64,000 nt of DNA from a virus (Duplodnaviria; Caudoviricetes): IMG/VR virus record IMGVR_UViG_3300028886_000037, positions 1 through 64,000 of that record; one strand, 5' to 3'. Of the stretch, positions 27,601 through 36,900 are shown piece by piece; position 1 is the stretch's first letter, and each line of letters starts with the position of its first letter. A program made the translations under genes and the position numbers. The notes under the pieces are model-generated. The model had not been told where the DNA came from. It searched no databases and saw only the letters and a list, made by a program, of their open reading frames with translations.

Positions 27601-27932
27601 ATATCGTAGAAGGCGATGCGGTAGTCCTTGTACTCTTCATAGTTCAGTTCTGCGGTGTCGTATTTCTCGTGAATGTATTTTACGGGAGGTTTGAGGTCGG
27701 ACTCAGCGAGGCGCATCTTTTTCGCCATCACGCGATAGATCTGGTAGTCCTCTTTCGTCTTGCAGACGACTTCTTTCATCGGGACGCCGAAGCAGTCTCG
27801 AATTGGACTCTGGCCCGAGGAATCTGGCATAAAATACTTGAACGTGTACGGATGCTTGACATATTCGGTTGAACCGACTTCACGTTCGTAGATTGAATTT
27901 GACTCACGGTCGTAATAGACGTTTTTGTACAT
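24696..27932 (-). CDS. Family B DNA polymerase (T4 gp43-like) with insertions
   Basis: ExoI FYDIE, ExoII GWNSEKFD, ExoIII YNVQD; polymerase motifs DITSSYP, KKLINSLYG, DTDS, KKMY. Confidence 0.95.
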   Translation of the reverse strand: MYKNVYYDRESNSIYEREVGSTEYVKHPYTFKYFMPDSSGQSPIRDCFGVPMKEVVCKTKEDYQIYRVMAKKMRLAESDLKPPVKYIHEKYDTAELNYEEYKDYRIAFYDIETQTSRRYYLNKEVKLRLIEDGHEETMTLYQFEHTCKTKKWEIWDIVRNEWRKYYDSCFINQEFPNPEEANYPINLITVYSTVAGETFTWGLEPYEGNSPDVTNYKWFESELEMMKDFYVWFWQQKFDILTGWNSEKFDDAYIIGRMQKIQRENGVKLDYTRLLSPLKLPPQKRPITDDKGKVTGYHFSSPGLYMIDYLALYKFIGFVKNSPSWKLDYIGKKETGEGKVKLEYGLTEHYIKDYTTYVEYNVQDVRLMVKIEEKKRLWPTTIAYANEALITLDSVFAMTAAHDGYIMKFLHAQNQVYNDRYEKPADWWHDEGYFKKDLGNGIIEYQNCTPESPTSFEPYAVKAGYCYADPGRYQHNMSGDITSSYPNHIIMYNISPETRVIKPSQEDIDSGKVIRSEVNGVGFINNDTAILPSVVSKIFDERLKFKLLMQDAEKAGDKIAADRYRTLQLTRKKLINSLYGACLFPQFHLFNIDCARSITRCARVTIRYLKDNTDRYYRSKYILKDSMDFFPVIKINTKWYKKEDEVETDQGKILAKDVTTANTIGGAAVTIFVNDLTQKALLNPIKKITSERIINVVYDGDCHYYKPGDEIEVEMDGKKLKMQLGVHDGGARFTGEETIMEELKANFKHPDDSTISGFDLQRNAKINGRPIDNVNVIEKPVKFVDRESVVVQVDTDSNYYCFDEHKINLFPYMDDMEWFYCMEKQMNWFWKRILDAKAEKNKMHNRIIFTRENMFSNFISYGKKMYLGSVVDKDGKFFGYEEDPHKHLKIQGLILKKAEFPVFCQEYAVKITADVLLGQSKEETTRQIQDAYLKFKASKPEDISASRTIGDLSVMDHEIDWYVKNGLTYPDHIHYCAKIGVNFNYVNAREKLGYDTLQRGSKAKHIFLYPRNKYGFDQMAFEKWPKEFDQMFEIDYDTTFEKFFMSNFHALFECIGWAESRKDYIEYKMTKAKKKFLR

Positions 27933-28001
27933 AAATTCTCGTTTTAGCGCTTTTCGATAGTTAATTTAGAAACTATTTGCGGAAAGAATTTTCGAGTTTA
28001 T

Positions 28002-28043
28002 GGTTTAGATTTCTCACGAAAATACCTATATTAGTCATGTAAA
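28002..28043 (+). promoter_or_regulatory. Early sigma70-type promoter (TTTAGA-17-TATATT)
   Basis: Copy of the conserved early promoter. Confidence 0.7.
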
Positions 28044-28064
28044 CTTAACAAAAAGGACCAAACA

Positions 28065-28409
28065 ATGAAATATCTCGCCGAAACTACTCAGGACGTCTAT
28101 GAAATTTTCATCAACGGAGTAAACGCTATCTTTCCCAAGATCGACCTCACTAAGTCGCTCATGAGCGAGAATCTGGTCGTCGAGATAGTTGCTAGCTTCG
28201 GTGAAGAGGAGAGCCAATACTACGAAAAAGTAGCATTCAAGACCGTAAAGAAACCCGAGCTGCGCGGCATCATTCTTCACGAAACCGACAGTATGACCGC
28301 AGGTCCGAGACGAGTAAACGATGTCGAGGATTTCTTCATGCATCTCACGAACATGCGCTCGACCTACAAGAAGATCGCTGTCAAGATCGGCAGTGAGTTC
28401 GACATCTAA
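28065..28409 (+). CDS. Hypothetical early protein
   Basis: AAGGA RBS after the early promoter. Confidence 0.7.
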   Translation: MKYLAETTQDVYEIFINGVNAIFPKIDLTKSLMSENLVVEIVASFGEEESQYYEKVAFKTVKKPELRGIILHETDSMTAGPRRVNDVEDFFMHLTNMRSTYKKIAVKIGSEFDI

Positions 28410-28419
28410 GGAGCAAACT

Positions 28420-28698
28420 ATGGGACCAGACGGAATCGAGATAGAAGTCGAACGCAGCGAGGAAGAGATCCGCGCGGACAAGGCTTACAACGTGAAGGAG
28501 TACTTCGAGTCAAAGAAGAGCGGAACTGACTTCACGCCGATAGAAGTGAAGACTACGAAGAGAGTCCCGCTAGTACGCGAGACCAGACGTTCTTTCGACC
28601 GGGTCGAACGCTACATCAAATACAAAGACCTGCACATCGAGGACGTGAGCGAGAAATTCGAACACGTCAAGATGCTCATGGACATTTTCATGAGGTAA
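28420..28698 (+). CDS. Hypothetical protein
   Basis: AAGGAG RBS before ATG 28420 (MGPDG...). Confidence 0.65.
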   Translation: MGPDGIEIEVERSEEEIRADKAYNVKEYFESKKSGTDFTPIEVKTTKRVPLVRETRRSFDRVERYIKYKDLHIEDVSEKFEHVKMLMDIFMR

Positions 28699-28701
28699 GC
28701 T

Positions 28702-29043
28702 ATGGACTACAGCGAACAGTATGACTACTTGAAGTCGAAGGGCTGCACGTTCAAGTGGGACGAAGCGAATCCGTCTTGGTCCTTCAGCCGTGGTCACATC
28801 ATGTACAAGGGATCTGAGATCGGAACTCTCGAAAAAGACTACTCTTGGATCAGCGACTCAGAGGGAAACTGCTGGCAGTTCTCGTACATAGGACTCTACG
28901 CTCACCAAGACTTCAAGTCCAAAGTCGATACGACTCTCCTCGTCATAGACTCTGGTATGCCCTTGGAAATGGCCAAGGAAAAGATAAAGAGGAGAGACGC
29001 TATTCACTCCTACTTCGAAAACAGGAAAGAGAGGAGAAGGTAA
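28702..29043 (+). CDS. Hypothetical protein
   Basis: GAGGT RBS; terminator hairpin at about 29027-29062. Confidence 0.65.
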   Translation: MDYSEQYDYLKSKGCTFKWDEANPSWSFSRGHIMYKGSEIGTLEKDYSWISDSEGNCWQFSYIGLYAHQDFKSKVDTTLLVIDSGMPLEMAKEKIKRRDAIHSYFENRKERRR

Positions 29044-29095
29044 AGCCTCTCCTCTTTTTTTTGCGTGCTCTTCCTTTGTTGAAGAATTATTTCTT

Positions 29096-29878
29096 TTAGT
29101 TTCTGACGAGCTTTATTCCTTCGCTTTCTAGCAGTTTCTTAGCTGCATAGATAGTCATAGAGCTCTCGCCGATTGTTCCTTGTCTGGACAGAGTTCCGCT
29201 CAGTCCCAAGAAAGGAGAATCAGTGACTAGCAGTTGATCGACTTCTGTGTTTACACCGTTTGCGATGTCTCTCGCAGCATCTCTAGCTGCACTCTTAGCT
29301 GGACCTTCTAGCTTATCAGCTTCGCTCTCGCTCTTCTCTTCGTCAAAAGTGCAATGCAGTCTGAAGAGAATAGCGTCGTTATCGCTATTGGCCCACTGAA
29401 TGTCTCCAAGTCTGAAGCTGTAGCCGTCAACGTCGTATGTTCTTCCGTTTAGCTCTCTAGAAACTCTCTTCAGCTCTCTAACATCTAACTGGTCTCTGAA
29501 CTTGATCTGAGCAGAGTATGTGACGCCAGAATAGTAGTTGATCAGACTCTTATTCGATCCGACCGCGATTTCGTCAACGTCCAAGAAGATCTCGTTCTTT
29601 TCCCAGCGATCGTACTTAGCCTCTTCTTTCTGCCAAACTGGCTTTATCTTAGAGAACAGCTTTCTAGCAGCGACATTGACTCTAGATCTGACTCCGGATG
29701 CTTTCCAGTACATCTGATAGTCCTCGTTGTCGGATTCGAAGTATGAGTATTGGAATTCGACGCCATCGATGACATAGCTCTTTCCGAATTGAGATTCAAT
29801 AGTCGATTTGAACTTTCGGCCATCAGAAGGATTCTCGAATCCTATCATGTTACCTATGCATATTTCGTATTTTGCCAT
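29096..29878 (-). CDS. Hypothetical late protein
   Basis: AAGGAG RBS; duplicated late promoter upstream; C-terminal AAKKLLESEGIKLV motif. Confidence 0.65.
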   Translation of the reverse strand: MAKYEICIGNMIGFENPSDGRKFKSTIESQFGKSYVIDGVEFQYSYFESDNEDYQMYWKASGVRSRVNVAARKLFSKIKPVWQKEEAKYDRWEKNEIFLDVDEIAVGSNKSLINYYSGVTYSAQIKFRDQLDVRELKRVSRELNGRTYDVDGYSFRLGDIQWANSDNDAILFRLHCTFDEEKSESEADKLEGPAKSAARDAARDIANGVNTEVDQLLVTDSPFLGLSGTLSRQGTIGESSMTIYAAKKLLESEGIKLVRN

Positions 29879-29897
29879 TTAAAACTCCTTAATGATT

Positions 29898-29960
29898 AGA
29901 ATTTAAGTATGTTATTTATATCTAGAAAAGAATTTAAGTATGTTATTTATATCTAGAAAA
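29898..29960. repeat. 31-bp tandem duplication containing a late promoter
   Basis: AGAATTTAAGTATGTTATTTATATCTAGAAA x2. Confidence 0.9.
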
Positions 29961-30092
29961 CCTTCATCTCATATTTTGCGCATAAACGTCAGTTTTAGAG
30001 CGTTTTACGGCTCACCGGTATAGTTACTATGGTACAAGCTTAAAACGTCTTAAAACCGCCTCAAAACCGCATTTATGACGATTTGCGGGTAC

Positions 30093-30124
30093 AAAAGAAG
30101 CGCTGGTCGAAAGACTGGCGCTTC
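30093..30124 (-). terminator. Rho-independent terminator
   Basis: GAAGCGC..GTC/GAC..GCGCTTC stem plus T-run on the minus strand. Confidence 0.65.
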
Positions 30125-30154
30125 CTGGAGACAACAAACTTTAAGTAAGTTGCG

Positions 30155-30379
30155 TTAGACGCCCATCTCCTTGATGAACTGGCGGAACTTCTGGATCTCG
30201 TCGAGAGCGCCCTTGATGTAAGCCTTCTCAGAAGCGAGAGCAGAGCCCTGGAGTCCGTCAGGAATCTTGTAAGCCTTGATGTCGTTCTCTTCAATCTCGA
30301 GGCGCTGCTTGAGCTTGCGCATAGACTGAATGATGAAGTCGTTGCTGTCGATGGTTGCGTCAGTAGAGTTAGTGATCAT
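30155..30379 (-). CDS. Hypothetical protein
   Basis: AAGGAG RBS. Confidence 0.65.
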   Translation of the reverse strand: MITNSTDATIDSNDFIIQSMRKLKQRLEIEENDIKAYKIPDGLQGSALASEKAYIKGALDEIQKFRQFIKEMGV

Positions 30380-30451
30380 ATATGATTCTCCTTGTAGAGT
30401 TTCTTGAAATTTAAGTATTTATTCAGTGTGCCGATTTCGTCCAGCCATCAC

Positions 30452-31198
30452 TCAAGATCTTCGCTTGTCGAAGTAGCCTGACACGTTCTTTTTTCTCAAA
30501 GATCTGTATAGTTTTTCGTATTCTCTATCCAGTATCGTTTGCGCTTCATCCTCCCAGCCAGCGTTAAGATGGCCAGTGCTTGGATTTGTGACTCGATCAG
30601 CTATCTCGTGTTCTATCTCTCGCTCTTCCGGACGTGGCAAATCTATTCCGTTAGCCTTCTCCCACTTTCTGATCAAATAGCATACTTGTTCTCGAGAACG
30701 TCCGAGAATGTTATCTCTCATGACTTTAGCGTTATATGCCTCTCCATACTTCTTCTCGAACTTTTCTTCTGCAGCAGTCTTATCTGATTCATAATTACTA
30801 CTAGCCGTCTCGTAGCTCTCTTTTCCGAGTTCTGTTAACGCATATTTACGTTCTTCATCCCAGTTCAGAATTCCAGCCTTTACCATTCTCTGGAGAGGAG
30901 ACCATAGATCATGACGGCCCGATGTCTCTATTTTAAGAGCTTTTTGGATCTCGCCTTTGGTCTTTCCTTCCGGATGTTCGATTAAGTACTCAGCTACTCT
31001 GTACCATAGGGTTCGCCTGACGGTCTTGGGACGAATGTTGTTGTCTGCCCAATACGAATGACTGAAATAATTCTGTTCTTCGTCGAAGTCAGACACTGGG
31101 CCGACTTCCCATGCCGAGTCGTAGGTATTCTTCTCGTCGACTCTAGCGATCTTGATGTTGCTCTCGGCTAGAATCTTCTTTGCCGTGATAATGTTCAT
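30452..31198 (-). CDS. Winged-helix DNA-binding protein
   Basis: VAEYLIEHPEGKTKGEIQKAL ... LQRMVKAGIL ... YALTELG. Confidence 0.65.
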   Translation of the reverse strand: MNIITAKKILAESNIKIARVDEKNTYDSAWEVGPVSDFDEEQNYFSHSYWADNNIRPKTVRRTLWYRVAEYLIEHPEGKTKGEIQKALKIETSGRHDLWSPLQRMVKAGILNWDEERKYALTELGKESYETASSNYESDKTAAEEKFEKKYGEAYNAKVMRDNILGRSREQVCYLIRKWEKANGIDLPRPEEREIEHEIADRVTNPSTGHLNAGWEDEAQTILDREYEKLYRSLRKKNVSGYFDKRRS

Positions 31199-31218
31199 AA
31201 TTGTTTACATTCCTTGTG

Positions 31219-31416
31219 TTAGTCGCATAGAAGCTTGGGGCCTCTAGCTTCCTTGAGGTAGTAGGTCACGTCTTCGCCTGCGCTCTCGATCTTCTCGACT
31301 TCCAGGTTGAGCTGTGCGAGCTTAGAGTCCAGACGACCAGAGATGACGAGATCTTCGTTGAGCGAAGATCCGACTAGCGGATTTGATACTTTTCCAGTGA
31401 TAACGAATCGAGTCAT
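31219..31416 (-). CDS. Hypothetical late protein
   Basis: AAGGAG RBS; TATAAATA at 31439-31446. Confidence 0.65.
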   Translation of the reverse strand: MTRFVITGKVSNPLVGSSLNEDLVISGRLDSKLAQLNLEVEKIESAGEDVTYYLKEARGPKLLCD

Positions 31417-31449
31417 AGTTGATTCTCCTTGTTGAGTTTATTTATAGAG

Positions 31450-31720
31450 CAAATTTTATAACACTTTATTTGCGAACCATATATTGGAGAAAGAAAGAGG
31501 AGATATGTTGTAAAGTCTTATAAAATTTTCTTTACAATTATTCATTCATAGAGCTCACTTCGTTCGCTTTTTAGTGTAAAGTTTCATTTACAGAATTTTG
31601 TCACATTTTAATCTGGACAAAATATATTCAAGAGGAAAGAAATGGGAACAACACGTTTGATTAAAATGTGACAAAATCACATTCAAATCAAACGCTATTT
31701 TGCTCACTTCGTTCGCCATC
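31450..31720. other. AT-rich non-coding region with repeats; candidate replication origin
   Basis: GCTCACTTCGTTCGC x2 (31553, 31702); inverted ATTTTGTCACATTTTAATC / GATTAAAATGTGACAAAAT. Confidence 0.45.
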
Positions 31721-31721
31721 T

Positions 31722-33173
31722 TTAACCTTCTCTAACCGACTTTATCTTTATTTTCATCTTCGAGGCTAAGTTTCTTATGTATGAGGTGATCTCACTTGAC
31801 GGGATCAAGTATTGTCCCTTCTCGTTTTGCGGGTACCTCGTGAAGTCGAACTTCGTCTTTCCCTTGTCGGATCGCTCCGCTCTCTTCTCGTTCTGGATGA
31901 CGATGTCGAATCCAGCTTCCTCGTGGAGGTACTTCTTCACTGTCTTGATGGAGACTTTGTACTTCCTCAGAACTTCTCTGAGCTGTTTTCGGTCTTGGAA
32001 TGCGATCGTCCAGTCGTCGTACGCGAACTCGTCTTTGAGCCGCATCATGAGATCCCAAGTGTAGTTCTGGGTCCTGTACGTGCGGATCTTCGCTTGAGAG
32101 TCTGCTTCGATCTCGGGCCAAGACTTTCCCTCGAGAGCGTTTATCTTGCTGAACAGAGCTCTCTGAGCTGAGTTCCAGTCGAAGGTCTCGAAGCTGGCGA
32201 AGTTGGACTTGCAGAGGCACTTGAGGGTGTGGACTAGATCTTCGACAGAGTACCCCATCTCGTACTTGAGGTTGCACTTGTACCACTGCGGTACTAAGTG
32301 AAGGATCCAGTTGCAAGCCGTCTTGTACCGGTTTCCCTCGCGGATGTGCCAGTCTCCCTTGACGCGATTCTTGTACGTGAACGGCGGGTAGATAGAGAAC
32401 GGCTTGTCTTGCAGCTCTCCGATTCCCAGAGCTCTCGCTAGCATCTTGGAGTTGTAGGGTACGATTCTCAGCTCCTTCGGCTCTCCCTCTTTCGACTTCC
32501 TCTTGAACTCCACGTACTCTGTGAACTTTCTGATGATGACCGGGTCTTTGTCGTCTTTAGGCTTCAGGATCTGGTGGCAGAAGAACTCCGTTCCCTCTGG
32601 AATCGACAGCTTGTAGTGTTCTCTCTGCGGCATTCCGTAGCAGACTTGATGCCAGTTCTGGTAGCATTTCGAGTCACATGTAACTTTTCTTTTACATACA
32701 GACTCCAGCTCGGATATGATCTTGAATGTCTCTCGTTTCAGATCCTTGACGACGAACATGGGGTTCGCGGTCTCGACGTACAAGTGCCAGCGGAAGGGAG
32801 TTCCAGATGTAGATGGATAGAAGACGATGCGGTTGTTAGTGATGAGCTTCAGCGCTTCTAGCTCGTCTTCGGTCACGTTCTCGCCGTTGTCGTTGTCTAG
32901 ATCGATGAAGAGAAAGCGAGACGAGAAACTCTCTACTCCTATCTTCTGGACTCTCTTGACTGAGTGGCCGCTCGTGATCAGATCGATGTAGTCTTCGAAT
33001 GTGCAGCGCTTCACTCCGACTGGAAAGATTCCGTGTGATCCAGAAGAGTTCCAGATTCCGCGAATGCACTCTGGATCGTATTTAGTCCGGCCGTTCTTTC
33101 CCTCGCCGAGCTCCTTTGTCTTCACGTCGCTGATCCATAGCGAGTATTGAAGATATTCTGTGTATTTTTTCAT
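31722..33173 (-). CDS. Putative AEP primase-like / replication initiator protein
   Basis: FLFIDLDND (DxD) and YPSTSG..RWHLY motifs; basic C-terminus. Confidence 0.55.
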   Translation of the reverse strand: MKKYTEYLQYSLWISDVKTKELGEGKNGRTKYDPECIRGIWNSSGSHGIFPVGVKRCTFEDYIDLITSGHSVKRVQKIGVESFSSRFLFIDLDNDNGENVTEDELEALKLITNNRIVFYPSTSGTPFRWHLYVETANPMFVVKDLKRETFKIISELESVCKRKVTCDSKCYQNWHQVCYGMPQREHYKLSIPEGTEFFCHQILKPKDDKDPVIIRKFTEYVEFKRKSKEGEPKELRIVPYNSKMLARALGIGELQDKPFSIYPPFTYKNRVKGDWHIREGNRYKTACNWILHLVPQWYKCNLKYEMGYSVEDLVHTLKCLCKSNFASFETFDWNSAQRALFSKINALEGKSWPEIEADSQAKIRTYRTQNYTWDLMMRLKDEFAYDDWTIAFQDRKQLREVLRKYKVSIKTVKKYLHEEAGFDIVIQNEKRAERSDKGKTKFDFTRYPQNEKGQYLIPSSEITSYIRNLASKMKIKIKSVREG

Positions 33174-33302
33174 GTAGGGTTAACCAAGTTATATTTATGT
33201 TCGAGTTGGGCTAAAATATAATACATTTCGTCCGCTATAATATAACTCTTCCAGATTAAAATGTGACAAATTATAACTTGTCCAGAAAAAAAGGTAATAA
33301 AA

Positions 33303-33989
33303 TCACTTCAGCTGGAGAAAACCCTGAGGATCGAACTTCACTTCGTAACGTGTGCTAGGTATCATCGTCTCGAAGTCGATGAATCCTATCGGGTAGAGAT
33401 TCTCATTCTTGTTGACTGCGATTAAGAACCCTGACGCCAAACTGATGCGGTCGCCAGACGTTACGATATTCTCTGCTTTTACGCCAGGAGTATCTCCGTT
33501 GAGGAAAGTCATCGGAACGCCATAAGAGTCGTACTCGACTTCGTCATAGACGCTCTTGAACGGAATCTCAGCTCCAAGAATCTTAGCATCGCTCTCGTCT
33601 TGTTCTATCGTATGACCGAGAAGTCTAGCGTTGAGCTTAGCTTTTTCAACAAATTTGTTTATATAGTTCGATCCGAGATCGAGTGAAGCTGACGCTGGGA
33701 TGTTGAAGATCTCTTCGTAAGTCTTGTCGGTCTCGCAGTCCAAGCCGTTCGAGTCAGATACCCACGGACGACAGTCCATGCGAGCAGACGGATAGCGGAA
33801 TGTCGAAGATGGAACGAAGTTGCTCTCGACCGAGCTTCTCGGAATCGATCCGTCTCCGTCTTCTGCTGGCTTGAAGGTGTCGTAATTTCCAGCAGACGTG
33901 AGAATGCACTCGAGGTCTCCGTATGTCAGAGACTTCGAGCTGTCGCTGAAGAGATAATCTATGAAAGTGTCGTATGCTTCATACTTCAT
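33303..33989 (-). CDS. Putative virion structural protein
   Basis: End of the late operon; C-terminal PIGFIDF...GFLQL resembles the end of the neighbouring giant protein. Confidence 0.5.
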   Translation of the reverse strand: MKYEAYDTFIDYLFSDSSKSLTYGDLECILTSAGNYDTFKPAEDGDGSIPRSSVESNFVPSSTFRYPSARMDCRPWVSDSNGLDCETDKTYEEIFNIPASASLDLGSNYINKFVEKAKLNARLLGHTIEQDESDAKILGAEIPFKSVYDEVEYDSYGVPMTFLNGDTPGVKAENIVTSGDRISLASGFLIAVNKNENLYPIGFIDFETMIPSTRYEVKFDPQGFLQLK

Positions 33990-33991
33990 TG

Positions 33992-36900
33992 TTAGTTCTC
34001 CACCTTGATCTCAGTCAAGAGTCCGTAATTCTTGTCATCTCCATCGAACTTGTTCTTCTTAGGAAGCTGAGCGATGTAGCAGCCAGATACGAGATCTCGT
34101 CCATATCCGCCATCGATGAATGCGACTAGATCACGATTCTCGTCAGACAGAAGAATGCCACGGAAGTCGTCGCCCTCGATAGCTCTTCCCTCTTCGAACT
34201 GCATGTTCGGATCTTCGTCGTTCTCGTTCTCTCTGTTCAAGAGCTCGATGATAGACCAGTCAGACGGAAGGTAGCCGAGATGGATGTTGGATCCGTCGTT
34301 CATGCAGTACTTCTTACCCTTCATAGCGTACTGGATCCACGGATTCTCTTCGATGTACTTGTCGTTCTGGTGGATCCATAGACCTCTTACGCCCTTCTTG
34401 TCTTTTCCGTAACGGATAGTGAAGTCTAGCGGCATCTTGTCTCTGTCGAGATCTCTCACATTCTTCATGTCGTAGTCCCACGTGAAGTAGCGGTCGGTGA
34501 TGCCGTTGTTCTTCTCGTATCTCGCGTTGAACGCGTCAAGGAGATACTGAAGCTCTGGACGAATCGGCATGTCTGATAAGAACTTCGAGATGTCCTTGTT
34601 GTAGATTCTATCAGCGTTGTGAAGCTCTGCATTCATGATCGGCTTGCTCAACTTTCTGTTCACGAAGTTCGGGTTGCCTCCGAACATCTGCATGTAGATG
34701 TCGTTGTAGTCAGAGCATGGAGCGTTGGCTGCCGGGCTCATGTGCATCGGGAAGTGCATGAGCAGATCATTGTAGTCGCCGTAGTACCAGATGTTAACTG
34801 GCATCAACAGCACGCTCGGCAGAAGATCGTAGGTCTTGCAGAGATGAGAGCGGACGAGATAGTCTGTCTCATCAGTTTCGTCGCTATCGTGCTTGACGCC
34901 GTAGATGATGTTGTGATTCCAGAATTTGAAATACTTGCTATAGTCAGAAGGACCATACCAGTTCTGATTGTAGTCGACCACTGGGTGAGCGGATGCCAAG
35001 AGCCAGTTGTTCACTTCTGGACCTTGACCTGTCATCCAGTCGTCCACGTTTACCGAGTAAGCTGGGAAGATGTTCGATCCGATTGGGAAGTTAGAGCTCT
35101 GCTTTGCTCTGTATCTTACACCAGTTGCAGCGAGGTCTGTCATCAAGAAGAAGTTCGTAGTGTCGAGAATGTTTCCGATGTTAGCCCATTCGACGACTGG
35201 CGAGAACACCTTCGAGAAGATCTTGAACAGCGCACGATTTCGATAGTCTTGCCAGCTCGTCTGAGCATCGCTATAGAAGTTCTCGTGACCACCGATGTAG
35301 ATGTTCTGGATAAGGAATTTCTGAACGAAGAGGTTCTCGAGCGTATCAGGTCCGCACTTGTCGATATTGCACCACGGAGAAGTTCCGATGTCGTTCTGAC
35401 GATATTCGTAGATTGCAGCAACGCCTCCGAACTTGTTAGCGATTGCGATCGAGCGATCGTTGAACTCTTCGATCTTCGTTCCGTCATACTTCTTAAGCAA
35501 GCTTCTGTTGATGAACTTTTCTGCGTTCTCTGTGAACTTGATGAAGCAGTTCTTGATGGATCCACAGTAAGCCGGATTCATCGAGAGAGCCATCTTAGAA
35601 ACTTTCTCTTGTCCCTCGTTTTCGTAAAGTGAGTACTCTCCACGATTTGACCAAGAGACACAGTGATTGATCATGCCTGCGATACCGCCGATGTTGTAGA
35701 TCGACTTCAACTTGTACTCGATCTCTTCGCCTATTTTGTCTTCCATGTCGTAGGCAGGAATGAGATGATAGTATTTCATGCTGCGATATTTGTAGCCGAC
35801 AGTACCAGGAACATAGTTTGCAAGATCTTCCGTGTAGTGATCTGTGTACTGAGACAGGTAGCTGCCGTGATACACATCTTCGACTGCTGAGATAGGAATT
35901 CTTAGACGCTGCACTGGAATCTTTGCGATCATCGGATAGACACGATACGTGTCAGCATCGTGTCCATCTGGTCTAGGACCAGAAGAGTGATTTACGTCCT
36001 CTTCGACGATGATGCTCATATCCACGTACATGTAGTCGAGGTTGCCAGCATTAGCGACATTCTCGTTTCCTAGAATATTCTGTTCTGTGGTCTCTACGAC
36101 TTTTGACTTAATTCTTGCGTTGGGCTTGATAGTTCCATCGGATTCTCGATCATAGTCCCATAGATCATCCTGACGCTCGTAATCTAGGAATACGCCAGAT
36201 ACGTCAGTATTCCAGTTCATTGCGCTAGACATATAGATGGAGTTCTGAGTTCTGTTAGCGATAGGAATCGAGATCTTGTTGACCTTGACTGCGTAGCCTT
36301 CTTCACCGACGATGTCCAAGAATCCTTCATTCTCTTCTGCGACTGAAGCGATATACTCACCGAACCGGTCGATAGAACTATTGTCTCTCGGAACGACCGT
36401 GAGCATGGTCTTCGCATTTCCGTAGTCATAATAGTTCTTTCCGTTGTACATGATCTCAGAAGTACTAATTTGATTGTATCTTGCGCTAGTTCCGTATAGA
36501 TCCCAATAACCTCTCTCGCTGATAGAGCAGAAGTAGTTTGGACGGTTTGCGCTAGTGTTGTAGTCTGCTAGCTTTGCTGACACGTTGTTTCCGAACCACA
36601 AGACTTCCTGATATCCGCTACATACTGAAGCGTATACGTGATTGTCGAAAGCTTTAGGACCGTTTCTGTCGGCTTTACTTTCACCCGGTTGCATGTACCA
36701 GACAAATTCGTCAAGATCTGTACCGAGATCCCAAGCCTCAGAAGTGTCGTTTGGACCAGTGTAGGCTGGAATATAATAATGTCCATCATGAATTTCTTTG
36801 TTTCTCGTACCAAACCAGCCAGGGCTACCACCAGCAAACGGTTGATCATTTCCTGGGAAGATAGCATTAGGATTCAGAGTTGGGTTAGCGAGCAACTCAC

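Noticed and set aside
29992-30001. GTTTTAGAGC, identical to the start of the type II-A CRISPR repeat
   Set aside because: Single copy, no repeat-spacer array, no cas genes; it is one arm of a local hairpin.
34619-35632. Long plus-strand ORF (337 aa) and many other antisense ORFs in the track
   Set aside because: Shadow ORFs opposite real genes, expected from the strong codon bias; no RBS or motifs.
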